This document shows positions 38,848 through 48,744 of a stretch of 49,481 nt of DNA, in pieces. A program made the position numbers and the translations under genes. Origin of the DNA: Candidatus Helarchaeota archaeon (lineage in GTDB: Archaea > Asgardarchaeota > Lokiarchaeia > Helarchaeales > RDOG01). The notes beneath the pieces are model-generated. The model had not been told where the DNA came from. It worked only from the letters and a program-made list of their open reading frames with translations, and did no database searches. The stretch spans positions 1 to 49,481 of the forward strand of contig JALGVI010000033.1 of assembly GCA_029838215.1 (NCBI GenBank). The letters are read 5' to 3'. Every line of letters begins with the position of its first letter. Positions within the stretch are counted from its first letter, which is position 1.

Positions 38848-39366
38848 ATGCCCGAGCGTGATGAGCGACAAAAAATCAAAGAGGAATTCCTGAAAAAAAC
38901 GGCAAATGCCGTGATCATTCAAGTCATTTATCCAAGCCTAGTGCTGTACATTCAGCAAAAATTTCAAACACGGGAAAAACTGACTGAACAGCTCTTTCGT
39001 TTGGGAGAAAAATTAGCCGAGACGTATTTAGATGATGGTGATTTGATCAATGAAAAGGATTTCAAGAAATACATTCTTGCGGTCTTTCGAAAATACTTGA
39101 TGAATAAAAAAGTCAAGATTAAAGAAATTGAGAAGGATGTTTACCACATCATAGATCCGATTTGTCTGTTATGTGCAAAAACAGAGATCGAAGGTCTTGA
39201 CGTTCACATGTGCACGCCGTTTTCGGGCTATTTCCAAACACTGCTTAATGAAATAATGGATAAGGAATCAATTGGTGTTAAAGAATTTCAAATCAAGACA
39301 ATAGCATCTAAATGGATGGGTTCTCCGAAATGCATTCATGAACTCAAGCTCGTGAGGGAAGAATAA
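38848..39366 (+). CDS. Bet3/TRAPP-like V4R-fold protein
   Basis: YPSLVLYIQQKF...EQLFRLGEKLA and AVFRKYL match the Bet3 pattern; V4R cysteines CLLC, C, C. Confidence 0.7.
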   Translation: MPERDERQKIKEEFLKKTANAVIIQVIYPSLVLYIQQKFQTREKLTEQLFRLGEKLAETYLDDGDLINEKDFKKYILAVFRKYLMNKKVKIKEIEKDVYHIIDPICLLCAKTEIEGLDVHMCTPFSGYFQTLLNEIMDKESIGVKEFQIKTIASKWMGSPKCIHELKLVREE

Positions 39367-39996
39367 ATGTCATTTACGAAATTAAGTAAGTCGAAAAGGC
39401 TTTTAGGTAAAATAGGTCGCTGGTTTTACTTTAGGAGCTCAAAAAAATTCAAGTTATATACATTAAACTTACTCTATCGGGCACTTCTAAGATATTTAGC
39501 TGAAATGGAAGGAGATCTTCAAACCGCCATAAAGGTTCTCAATGCTCGGATGGTATCACCTGAAGCTTCTAACATTCTTTATGAATTGATGACAAAAAAA
39601 GTTGGAGGATATTCCTTCGAATCTTTCGTAACTCAAGACCTTTCAGATCTTGAATACGTGACGCCGTTTTTTCTATATGTTGTCTTTGGATCATACTCAA
39701 AGGAAATGTTCGGGAAGATCACGGCTCGTCCAGATGAGAATGGAGTTTACATTCTCAGGGTGCCAATAAAAAAGTGTTTCATGTGCATGTTTGAAAAAGA
39801 GCGAGTAAGTCAAGAACTTGGTGATGAGCAATTTGGAAGTGCTTTTTCGGTAATCATGAACACGCTAATTCAAAACGTCATGGATTTTGCATTTGAAGAA
39901 AGCCCTTACGAGATCATAACGGAGGAGACAAAATGTCTCTGCAAGGGAGATCCAGTTGGTGAAGTTACTTCATGGTTTCATAAGAAATCAGAATAA
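39367..39996 (+). CDS. Second V4R/Bet3-fold protein
   Basis: LYRALLRYL helix, CFMC, EETKCLCKGDPVG; ATG directly follows the previous stop. Confidence 0.65.
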   Translation: MSFTKLSKSKRLLGKIGRWFYFRSSKKFKLYTLNLLYRALLRYLAEMEGDLQTAIKVLNARMVSPEASNILYELMTKKVGGYSFESFVTQDLSDLEYVTPFFLYVVFGSYSKEMFGKITARPDENGVYILRVPIKKCFMCMFEKERVSQELGDEQFGSAFSVIMNTLIQNVMDFAFEESPYEIITEETKCLCKGDPVGEVTSWFHKKSE

Positions 39997-40485
39997 ATTC
40001 ATTTTGGATAAACACATCAATTATTTAGAAATATTGGTTCACGTATAGTTCTGGCATTAACGGAACGACCTTTCTGGGATTTTCTTCCATGAATTCCAGA
40101 AGCGTCCTGTGGATCTCGTGGACGCTGCTTAATCGTTGTTTATAACACGGGCGAGATTGAATATCCCAGACATAAACACACAGTTCTAATAACGTGAATG
40201 ATGTTCTTGTTGGCATTTCGCAGGCTAGAGCTAGTTCTAGGGCTTCTAACAATGACAATGTTCTTCTTATGTTTAGTTGTGCCAAAACACACCCAACCGA
40301 CATGTATTTGATATCTCTCGTTAATTAATACATGATAAATCTTCTTATTTACATCTACTTGAACAAAAGACTGAATATTTAGAACCAGAAAAATGATCAT
40401 TGAGACATTTATTTTTAATTTTAGCAAAACTGCTTCGGATGGGTTCGAAATGGTGATAAACGGTAAAAAAATACGGATAAATTAC

Positions 40486-41856
40486 TTATTTTTTTGAGAT
40501 TTCACCCAATCCGATTGCTTTATATTTTATTTTAGAGGAAAATTCGTTTTTGTCATAAATTCTCCTCCCATCCAAGACAAATGGATTTCTCATTAATTCT
40601 TGATATGTTTTTGGAAGTATTTTTTTATAAACATCCCATTCAGTTACGATGAGGCATGCATCACTGTCTTGAATGCATTCTTCAATTGTTTTTGAAAAGG
40701 TCACGTCAATTTTTAAGTTGGAGAGTTCTTCTCTTGCAGTTTCCATTGCAATTGGGTCGTGTACTTTGATAGTTTTTACTTTTTTAATTTGTTTTAAATG
40801 TTCAATAATTTTAAGAGAGCGAGCATGACGCATGTCTGATGTTCCGGGTTTAAAAGCCAGACCCAAGACGGAGATCGTGAGGTCTTCCAAATCTTCGGGG
40901 ATGTTCTTCATGAGAAGATTAACAAAATGAATGGGTTGAGTCTCATTTATATCAAGAATTGATTGTAGGAGGTGTGGAACAAGATCTTGCCTTTTCGTGA
41001 AGTCCACCAAAGCACTTACATCTTTGGGGAAGCAAGACCCTCCAAAGCCTACACCTGCATTTAAGAATTTACTGGAAATGCGTTCATCGAGTCCCACGCC
41101 TTTCATAACTTCGGTGACATCCACACCCGGAATTGTTTCGGCTAACCTACTAATTTCATTTGCAAAGGATATCTTCATTGCAAGTAATGCATTTGACGTG
41201 TATTTCACCAGTTCCGCTGATTCAATACTCATTCGTAAGAGTGGAACACCAGAAAGGAGTTTTTCATAGAAATCTTCCACGATTCTTCCGTGTCGTTCAT
41301 TCATCTCTCCCAGAATGATTCGGTCAGGGTGGAGGTTATCATGGATGGCATTTCCTTCACGCAAAAATTCGGGAGTTGCCATGATGCCAAAATCATGATT
41401 GACTTTTTTCCCAGAATGTTTCTCTATAATGGGAAGGACAACGTTTCGCGTCGTGCCGGGAAGGACTGTAGATTTTACGCATATAACGGGCTTTGATTTT
41501 GCCGATCGCAAGGCATTTCCAATATCTCTCGATGCAGACTGAATGAATTGTAAGTCCATGCTTCCATCATCACGTGAGGGAGTTCCCACACAGATGAATA
41601 TGATATCGACATCATTAATGAATTCAGCAATGTGGGTTGATGCTAATAGTCTTTTCTCTTTAATGACTTCTTTTAAAAGAACTTCGAGACCCTGTTCATA
41701 AAAAGGAGGAGTGCCCGCATTAATCATTTCAGTTTTTTCTTGAATGGAATCAATGCAATAAGAAGTTAATGAGATTTTCTTTTCTTTTCCCAATTTTGCA
41801 AGAACCACGCCCGTTGTTAATCCAACGTAGCCCGTGCCCACTATCATTATATTCAT
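40486..41856 (-). CDS. ugd: UDP-glucose/GDP-mannose dehydrogenase family protein
   Basis: GTGYVG, ICVGTP, KSTVLPGT, PEFLREG, GFGGSCFPKD, GLAFKPGTSDMR; ATG 41871 is an alternative start. Confidence 0.92.
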   Translation of the reverse strand: MNIMIVGTGYVGLTTGVVLAKLGKEKKISLTSYCIDSIQEKTEMINAGTPPFYEQGLEVLLKEVIKEKRLLASTHIAEFINDVDIIFICVGTPSRDDGSMDLQFIQSASRDIGNALRSAKSKPVICVKSTVLPGTTRNVVLPIIEKHSGKKVNHDFGIMATPEFLREGNAIHDNLHPDRIILGEMNERHGRIVEDFYEKLLSGVPLLRMSIESAELVKYTSNALLAMKISFANEISRLAETIPGVDVTEVMKGVGLDERISSKFLNAGVGFGGSCFPKDVSALVDFTKRQDLVPHLLQSILDINETQPIHFVNLLMKNIPEDLEDLTISVLGLAFKPGTSDMRHARSLKIIEHLKQIKKVKTIKVHDPIAMETAREELSNLKIDVTFSKTIEECIQDSDACLIVTEWDVYKKILPKTYQELMRNPFVLDGRRIYDKNEFSSKIKYKAIGLGEISKK

Positions 41857-42045
41857 GTCGATCCGGCTCATCGATTTAATTTATCCTTGATAATATTCAT
41901 AACCGAAAAATAAATTAAAAAGAGTATCATCATTTTTGTAAAGCGATTATTCATGAAAAGCTTTAGTAAACATGCTTGAATTTTAAAACATTTTCTCAAT
42001 TTTGGTTCAATTGTAAATTGAACATGTCGTTAAGGATGAGTTCAC

Positions 42046-42603
42046 ATGCGAAATCTGGTAAAAAATACAAAGAATTTGATGGAAAATAGGGGATATTCGG
42101 AAAAAGAACATAAAAAATTAGATAATGGTCAATACATGAAAATATTTGAGCGGAAGGTAAGGGGAAAAACGGAATTAGTTCAAGTAATGATCATTGAAGG
42201 ACTTTCCACGTTAGGCGTAGCTCATATTCGAGATGCCATAAAAGAGATGGGTAAACGAAAAATTAAGAATCGAATCATCGTTGGGGCAGGGAAAGTAACT
42301 CGAAGTGCAAAAAACGAGATGGAGGACAATAATATCGAATTTATCCCAGCAAAGCTCGTTCAGATGGATATCTTGAACCATAAATTCGTTCCAAAACACG
42401 AGATCATTTCAAAGGAAGAAGCAGTTGAAATGCTTATCAAGTATCGCTTAACAAAAGATGTTCTTCCACAAATCTCGAGTCGAGACCCTGTTGCGATTGT
42501 CATCGGAGCAAAACCAGGTGATTTTATAAAGATCACTCGAAAGAGTAAAACAACTGGAGAAACAATAGTATATAGATATTGTGTAGACTTACCTGAAGAT
42601 TAA
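42046..42603 (+). CDS. rpo5: RNA polymerase subunit Rpo5/RpoH with N-terminal RPB5-jaw-like extension
   Basis: C-terminal HKFVPKHEII...LPQISSRDPVA...GDFIKITRKS.TTGE; about 105 extra N-terminal residues. Confidence 0.92.
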   Translation: MRNLVKNTKNLMENRGYSEKEHKKLDNGQYMKIFERKVRGKTELVQVMIIEGLSTLGVAHIRDAIKEMGKRKIKNRIIVGAGKVTRSAKNEMEDNNIEFIPAKLVQMDILNHKFVPKHEIISKEEAVEMLIKYRLTKDVLPQISSRDPVAIVIGAKPGDFIKITRKSKTTGETIVYRYCVDLPED

Positions 42604-42616
42604 GGGCCCTTTTTTT
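42603..42616 (+). terminator. Putative oligo-U terminator of rpo5
   Basis: AGGGCCCT palindrome followed by T7 directly after the stop codon. Confidence 0.45.
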
Positions 42617-42664
42617 ATTCTTTAGTTTTTAAAATTGGAATAAAAGCATAAAGGAAAAAAAGAT

Positions 42665-43312
42665 CTAAGATTTCGCATATTTCGTTTGAAAATCTTGAGA
42701 AGAAAAGAAATCAGACTGTTCAAATCCAAATTCTTCACGGTTTGGAATTTCGCCTCGTTCCAAAAGGACTTCTCGTGCCAAAAGATAGAAAATGAGAGCA
42801 AGAGATTTCCGACCGCGATTATTCGCAGGGATGGATAAATCGATCTTGGAGAGGCTGTTATCAGTATCACAGAGGCTTATGACAGGAATCTTAACAATAG
42901 TTGCTTCTTTTAGAGCCTGTCGATCGGCTCGCGGATCCGAAATGAGGATCAGGTCTGCGTCAATGTATTTGTATGCCATGTGATTAGTCAACGTTCCGGG
43001 TATGAATCTACCTGCAATGGGACGAGCACCAATGATTTCACAAAATTTTTGAACTGGAAGGTGCCCATAGCGGCGAGCACTGACCACAACAAATTTCACG
43101 GGATCGTATCTGGCGATCATTTTAGCGGCAATTCGAATGCGCTCATCAGTTTTTCGGATGTCGATAACGTATAGACCACCTTTAGTCATGCGGTAAATGA
43201 ATTGGTTCATATCATTTACCTTGATTTGCGTTCCGATATGCAAGCCAGCGGCTAAATATTGGTCTCTTGGAATTAATAAGCCGTCCTGCGGTTGTTCAGT
43301 ATCTTCAGACAT
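42665..43312 (-). CDS. rps2: Ribosomal protein uS2
   Basis: YLAAGLHIGT, AGRFIPGTLTN, DPRADRQA, DLSIPANNRGRKS. Confidence 0.95.
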   Translation of the reverse strand: MSEDTEQPQDGLLIPRDQYLAAGLHIGTQIKVNDMNQFIYRMTKGGLYVIDIRKTDERIRIAAKMIARYDPVKFVVVSARRYGHLPVQKFCEIIGARPIAGRFIPGTLTNHMAYKYIDADLILISDPRADRQALKEATIVKIPVISLCDTDNSLSKIDLSIPANNRGRKSLALIFYLLAREVLLERGEIPNREEFGFEQSDFFSSQDFQTKYAKS

Positions 43313-43430
43313 GTTATACTACCTTGTAATGGATTAATCGCTTCTGCACTTCGGAGTGATTCCCGCCCGCTGTGTTTTAATCAAATCGAAAGGAGTTCCG
43401 CAATGTGGAATTGCCGATCACGGGCTTTTA
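43313..43430 (-). promoter_or_regulatory. Structured 5' leader of rps2 (candidate r-leader)
   Basis: GC-rich multi-stem segment below a TTTAAAAT TATA-like box at 43460..43453. Confidence 0.45.
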
Positions 43431-43548
43431 AAAGTGCAAGGAATCTAACCAAATTTTAAATTAAAAGTTTTCTTGATTCATTCAATTTCAAATAAGGGAA
43501 AAATTAGAAAAAAAGAGGATTCGACCTCTTAATGATAAGACGGCTAGT

Positions 43549-44817
43549 TCAGAAATTTAATTGAGAGAATTCAAGGATGGTGACTTTCATGGGTTTCCTT
43601 GTCAATTCACTTTTACGTGCTCCAATAATGAACTCTATTTCTAGATTTGAAGCGATATCAACAATTCTTTGGGAAACCACGCCATCAAAAACAAGGGCTC
43701 GGATTTTTTCTTTTGGTGTTCCTTCTTCTTCATTTGAATAATTGATTAAGTAATCTGCGAGTTCACCTATATCGACTTTAGTAATTTCCTCGAATTTTTC
43801 ATTTAGAAGCACGGCTATTAGTTCCTCTTGAATGGCCATTGATGCTTGGATTAGTTCAGGAGGAACTTGAGGGGTTTTTTGTTGTTTCTCGGGTTTATGT
43901 GCTGGACTTGGTGAGCTGGCAGATCGGGATTGTCTTTTAGAGCTTCTTGTTTTCTCCTGTTTTACTTTTTCTTTTGGTTTTTCAATGGTCATGTGATAAT
44001 ATTGTTCAAATGGCATTTTATTTCGAAGTGCCTTAATGATTTCCTTTCGAGTTAATTCTTCAACTTCCTTTCCGAATGGTGCACGAGCAACGAAATCGAC
44101 ATCTGCGACTTGATTTAATTCTTTAAGTATGAGTTCGCCGCCCCGATCTCCGTCGACAAATGCGATTGTAGTTTTCTTTTCGCAAAGATCGATTATAGTC
44201 CTTGGGATGTTGGTTCCTTCGACAGCAATGGCATTTTTATAACCATATTTTAGAAGATTCAGCACGTCTGCTCGACCTTCTGCAATGATGATCGTATCAG
44301 ATTCATCAATTGCTGGACCTGCAGGGAGGTTTTCTTCGCCGTATTTGACAATTTCTTCAACTCGAACGGATTTCAAGACTTCGTCAGAAATCTCCTGACT
44401 TTCGGGAACTACTTTTTCTTCCCATGATTTCAAGATCTCGGCAGCTCGTTGAATGATTTGAGCGCGTTTTGTCTGACGAATATCAGTGACCTTCTCTAGA
44501 AAGATCTTTGCCAAGCAGGGTCCAACTCGGTCTACGGTTTCAAGTGCGGATGCGAGAATGGACGTTTCGACTTTATTCAGGCTGGACGGAACGATTACAT
44601 GTCCAATGGTTTTTCCTCCTTCGGACAGAACGTCAACTTGGATGCGGCCTATCCTCCCCGTTTTCTGTAGCTCGCGCAAATCAAGGTCTTCTCCGAGGAG
44701 ACCTTCTGTTTGTCCAAAAATCGCTCCAACTATATCCGGCTTTTCAACAATTCCTTCGATCTCTATTCGAGCTTTAATTATATATTTAGTTGTACTTAGA
44801 CTTTCATTTTTTTGCAT
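43549..44817 (-). CDS. dnaG: Archaeal DnaG (TOPRIM, exosome-associated)
   Basis: [53 protein letters not shown]; ATG at 44817 after GGGTGA. Confidence 0.94.
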   Translation of the reverse strand: MQKNESLSTTKYIIKARIEIEGIVEKPDIVGAIFGQTEGLLGEDLDLRELQKTGRIGRIQVDVLSEGGKTIGHVIVPSSLNKVETSILASALETVDRVGPCLAKIFLEKVTDIRQTKRAQIIQRAAEILKSWEEKVVPESQEISDEVLKSVRVEEIVKYGEENLPAGPAIDESDTIIIAEGRADVLNLLKYGYKNAIAVEGTNIPRTIIDLCEKKTTIAFVDGDRGGELILKELNQVADVDFVARAPFGKEVEELTRKEIIKALRNKMPFEQYYHMTIEKPKEKVKQEKTRSSKRQSRSASSPSPAHKPEKQQKTPQVPPELIQASMAIQEELIAVLLNEKFEEITKVDIGELADYLINYSNEEEGTPKEKIRALVFDGVVSQRIVDIASNLEIEFIIGARKSELTRKPMKVTILEFSQLNF

Positions 44818-45464
44818 GATTATCACCCATATGAATCAAAAAATAATCAAAAGTAACACGTACCTAACCCGCTTTCGAAAGGCGAGTTTACCTTATCCAC
44901 TTTTTGGCATGCACTTTCCTTTGCTTATCATCCCATTTCGTGATGCCTGACAAGTGTCGAATGTAGTTATTTCCATTCGATTGGTTTCGATCAGTTAATG
45001 AGTGATGAGAGTGAATAAGATTAGAATGTGTTTATGATTATTTTCTGAAGTGATTTTAGTGAATTGTGATATGGTGATGTTTTCATCATTGGATTTCTTA
45101 TTTATATAATTAATTCTCTTTGGATTACGAAATCAGTTACTCAAATCAGGGACAATTCGAGAAACGACCAAACCATGATTCCAAAATTTGGATTCTTTTT
45201 AAAAAAATTGAGGAGGCATCATTCCTTTGTTGCATCTTATTTGCGATTCGGAGGAGTAGTTCTTTTTTCAAGATGGTAATGCCATCAGAATCATTAATGT
45301 GGACTTTAAAAAGTCAACAGTCGTTGAGTTATGGTTGATTTATCAATTCTGATAATAGAAAAATACTTTTAAGGAGTTCCGTTTAGCTGATCCATAACCC
45401 AATTTAGTAACCCTGAATTTCAGATTCAAAATTGTCCAAATAAAAGAAAGTGATGAATGGTTAA

Positions 45465-46565
45465 ATGGATATTGATGAAAAACTTGAACTTTGTTCGCGA
45501 AACGTTGAAGAAATAATCACGTTTGGAGATTTAAAGCGACTTTTCGAGAAGCAAGCCGAAACGGGTAAAAACATTCGTGGTTATGTTGGGGTTGAACCAT
45601 CAGGGAAGTTCCATATTGCACATTTAATTTGGGTAAGAAAAGTCAAGGATTTGATGGAAGCAGGAATAGAAATGGATTTTCTCGAAGCCACTTGGCATGC
45701 TCAAATTAATAATAAGTTGGGTGGAGACATTGAAAAGATCCGGGTGTCCGCAAGATATTTAGAGTATTGTCTTGAGGCTCTTGGAGTTGATGTAAAAACC
45801 TTGCACTTTAAAACTGCAGAAGAATTAATGAGTAACTTAGAATATTGGACTTGGGTAATGAAGGCGGCGAAGAAATTATCTCTTGCTCGAATTAAGAGGT
45901 CAATGACTATAATGGGAAGAAAGCAAGACGAAGCGGATCAGGATTTTAGCATGAACTTGTATCCCCTTTTACAAATCTCAGATATTTTTTATGGCAAATA
46001 TAATGTGTGTCTTGGTGGGATGGATCAGCGTAAGGCACACATGCTTGCCCGCGATGTAGGAAAAGCATTGAAAATAAAGTTTCGTCCCGTGGGTATCCAT
46101 ACGCCATTGTTGAGCTCATTGAGTGGCGAATCTAGAATGGAAATGGGTCTGGATAAGGAAGAAGCCATGATTGAATTTAAAATGTCAAAATCAAAACCAG
46201 GTTCTGCCATATTCATTCATGATTCACCGAAAAAGATTGCGAAAAAACTTGCCAAGGCTTTTTGCCCTCCAAAGACGGTTGAAAATAATCCCATTATCGA
46301 TTTAAACAGGTTGTTGCTTTTCTCACAAAAGGGGTTTGTTTTGAAGATCGAACGGAAACCAGAACATGGTGGAGATCTTGAAGTAACTTCACTTGATGAT
46401 CTCTGCAGGATCTATCAAGATGAAAAACTCCATCCTGGAGATCTCAAAAGTGCAACAGCTCGCGCCATTACGGATTTATTAAAACCGGCTCGAGAATTTT
46501 TCGAAAAAAATGATGAAGCTGCAGAAGTCTTGGAACAGATGAATAAGTTTCAAGTTTCAAGATAA
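45465..46565 (+). CDS. tyrS: Tyrosyl-tRNA synthetase (archaeal type)
   Basis: GVEPSG...HIAH, YPLLQISD, GGMDQRKAHMLARD, KMSKS, LHPGDLK. Confidence 0.94.
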   Translation: MDIDEKLELCSRNVEEIITFGDLKRLFEKQAETGKNIRGYVGVEPSGKFHIAHLIWVRKVKDLMEAGIEMDFLEATWHAQINNKLGGDIEKIRVSARYLEYCLEALGVDVKTLHFKTAEELMSNLEYWTWVMKAAKKLSLARIKRSMTIMGRKQDEADQDFSMNLYPLLQISDIFYGKYNVCLGGMDQRKAHMLARDVGKALKIKFRPVGIHTPLLSSLSGESRMEMGLDKEEAMIEFKMSKSKPGSAIFIHDSPKKIAKKLAKAFCPPKTVENNPIIDLNRLLLFSQKGFVLKIERKPEHGGDLEVTSLDDLCRIYQDEKLHPGDLKSATARAITDLLKPAREFFEKNDEAAEVLEQMNKFQVSR

Positions 46566-47122
46566 TCGGTTTTTTCTTCAGACATTTCAGTTCCGCAAAA
46601 ACAGCATAGAAGTGGTTTAGAATCATATTCTCGTCCACAAGAAGGACATTTTGAGAGAATACTTACTTTCTTTTTTCCAATTTGAATTGTAGATGGCTTT
46701 GGATCTGGACGGATCAGTCCTCCTAAGCATCCTCCCAAAACAGTAACCGCAAGCACGGTCAAAAATGAGCTTAGGTTCATGAGAATATATGAAATCGTGA
46801 AAATCGTGGGTAATAATTGAAGAAAAAGACCTGCAAACATTGAATATAACACGCTTACTGCAAAAACAGAGAGATATATGCTGCTTTTAAGTCCCCGGAT
46901 CAAAATGCCGCCCGCTAAGCCCGTGATGAACCAAATAGTACAGACAAATATATTATTGAAGGGTGCAAAAAGTACTATCAACACGCTCATCAAAAATCGT
47001 TTATCAGGAAGAATGAATGGAGATAAAATGTAATTCTGAATGATGAAGGACCACGTGAAAAGAATCGCTAACACGAAAGAAACGATCCACAGGAACATCG
47101 TGAGACCAAAATAATTCTTCAT
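46550..47122 (-). CDS. Membrane protein with C-terminal zinc ribbon
   Basis: 4-5 hydrophobic helices, then CPSCG...CCFCG; overlaps the tyrS 3' end by 16 nt. Confidence 0.7.
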   Translation of the reverse strand: MKNYFGLTMFLWIVSFVLAILFTWSFIIQNYILSPFILPDKRFLMSVLIVLFAPFNNIFVCTIWFITGLAGGILIRGLKSSIYLSVFAVSVLYSMFAGLFLQLLPTIFTISYILMNLSSFLTVLAVTVLGGCLGGLIRPDPKPSTIQIGKKKVSILSKCPSCGREYDSKPLLCCFCGTEMSEEKTDYLET

Positions 47123-47143
47123 TTACATTCACTCTTTTAATTT

Positions 47144-47929
47144 TCAAGACATTAGGAGCATGATTAGTTGAGTAATAGTCATGATGAACGGAGCCAGCCA
47201 TAAAGTAGCGACTAACCCAGTAATGAAAAGGGTTCCGAACCCGAATAAGAGAATATAATCAATTCGTTTTAGTTTTATTTCGTGAAGGAATGTTCGTCTG
47301 ACATGAGCGTTGAAACAGCGGGCTTCTAGACTCTCGGCAACAACGTGTGCCTTTCTAATTGATGATACAAATAGAGGGATGAGTAATGGAAGATAGTTTT
47401 TAATTTTAGTAAAGATATTTCCACTTTCGAAATCAATTCCTCTTGAAATCTGTGTTTCCTGAATCTTACGAGCTTCTTCAGCGAGATTAGGAACAAATCG
47501 TGCTGCAAGACTAATCGTGTAAGCATACGGAAATGGTATTTTCATTTTATATAGAGCCTGTGCGAGTTCATCAGGATGTATTGTTGAGAAGAAAAGAAGG
47601 AAAGAATCCATTAGAACCAAGAGTCTAAATATCATGGCAAGGGCGAAATCAAAGTTAAAATAAAAGATATTGATGATGAATATGAAAATGACCATGATGG
47701 ATAAGTTTTTATTAAAATCTAAAAATTTCTTAAATGACTTTGCAAAATAGAAGAAAGGGAGAAGCGTTAAAAATAGAAATAGCAAGAGAAAGAAATTTTG
47801 GAGAAGGAGTGAAAGAACCGCATAAATTAAAATGATGAAGAGTTTCGTTCTCGGATCTAGATCATAAATCACGTTTTTTTTCTTTCGGAATTTGAAGGTT
47901 TCAAGAATCATCGAAGACATGAAGGTCAC
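47144..47929 (-). CDS. ecfT: ECF transporter T component
   Basis: LDPRTK, ARFVP...ETQISRG, ESLEARCF motifs. Confidence 0.9.
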   Translation of the reverse strand: MTFMSSMILETFKFRKKKNVIYDLDPRTKLFIILIYAVLSLLLQNFFLLLFLFLTLLPFFYFAKSFKKFLDFNKNLSIMVIFIFIINIFYFNFDFALAMIFRLLVLMDSFLLFFSTIHPDELAQALYKMKIPFPYAYTISLAARFVPNLAEEARKIQETQISRGIDFESGNIFTKIKNYLPLLIPLFVSSIRKAHVVAESLEARCFNAHVRRTFLHEIKLKRIDYILLFGFGTLFITGLVATLWLAPFIMTITQLIMLLMS

Positions 47930-48744
47930 TTGAGCCGTTTTAAGAGATTTTCATGAATTTCATCATCTTTTATCAAATAGTGGGGAAAATCACTCCAAAT
48001 ATTTCGGCATGCTTTTACGAACGAGACTGATTGTGGAAGGAGGAGTGAGGATTCTTGCACGATACGTGAATTTGAAAAGATCCGCCCGGGAGGGCCATCT
48101 GCTAAAATCATTCCATTTTTAATTATGAGCACGCGGTCATAGACTTCCACTGCCCAGTCCACGTCATGAGTAACCGTGATGACTATCCTCTCAGAATCAA
48201 GATACTCTTTAAGGATTTTTGTAAGGAGCTTCTTGTGGTTGAGATCCTGTCCGATCGTGGGTTCATCTAAAATGAGATGTTTTGGATTCCAGCAGAAAAT
48301 TGATGCGATCGACACGAGTTTTCGTTGTCCACCACTCAGATTGAACGGAGATTTTTCTAATAGTGCTTCTAATCGAAACAATTTAATAGTCTCTTCCAAT
48401 TTTTCTTCAATTTCTTGTCGAGATAAATTCCAATTTTTCAGGGAAAAAAGGATTTCATCCCTTACTGTTTCGTTGAATAAAGCGTGATCGGGATTCTGGA
48501 ATGCAATGCCTACTTTTCTTGCCAAGTTGGTCATGTTGGTCGCTTTGGTTGAGATTCCATCAATAAAAACCTCTCCTTTTTGAGGCTTGAGAAGACCGTT
48601 GAAAGTTTTGATGAGTGTTGTTTTTCCTGCACCATTTTCACCCAAGATTGCAACAGATTCACCATCTTTAATTCGAAGTGAAACGTTTTTTAGGATATCT
48701 CGCTTTCCATCGTAGGAAAAGATAAGATCTTGGGTTTGGATCAT
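47926..48744 (-). CDS. ecfA: ECF transporter ATPase
   Basis: GENGAGKT, FQNPD, LSGGQ, ILDEPT, VTHD. Confidence 0.9.
   Translation of the reverse strand: MIQTQDLIFSYDGKRDILKNVSLRIKDGESVAILGENGAGKTTLIKTFNGLLKPQKGEVFIDGISTKATNMTNLARKVGIAFQNPDHALFNETVRDEILFSLKNWNLSRQEIEEKLEETIKLFRLEALLEKSPFNLSGGQRKLVSIASIFCWNPKHLILDEPTIGQDLNHKKLLTKILKEYLDSERIVITVTHDVDWAVEVYDRVLIIKNGMILADGPPGRIFSNSRIVQESSLLLPQSVSFVKACRNIWSDFPHYLIKDDEIHENLLKRLK

Noticed and set aside
44866-44890. SECIS-like element at the CGCTTTCGAAAGGCG hairpin
   Set aside because: It lies 5' of dnaG, and no gene in the window shows an in-frame UGA needing recoding.
45002-45048. Box C/D sRNA (GTGATGA ... CTGA)
   Set aside because: The candidate C' box sits only 4 nt from box D, with no clear D' box or terminal stem.
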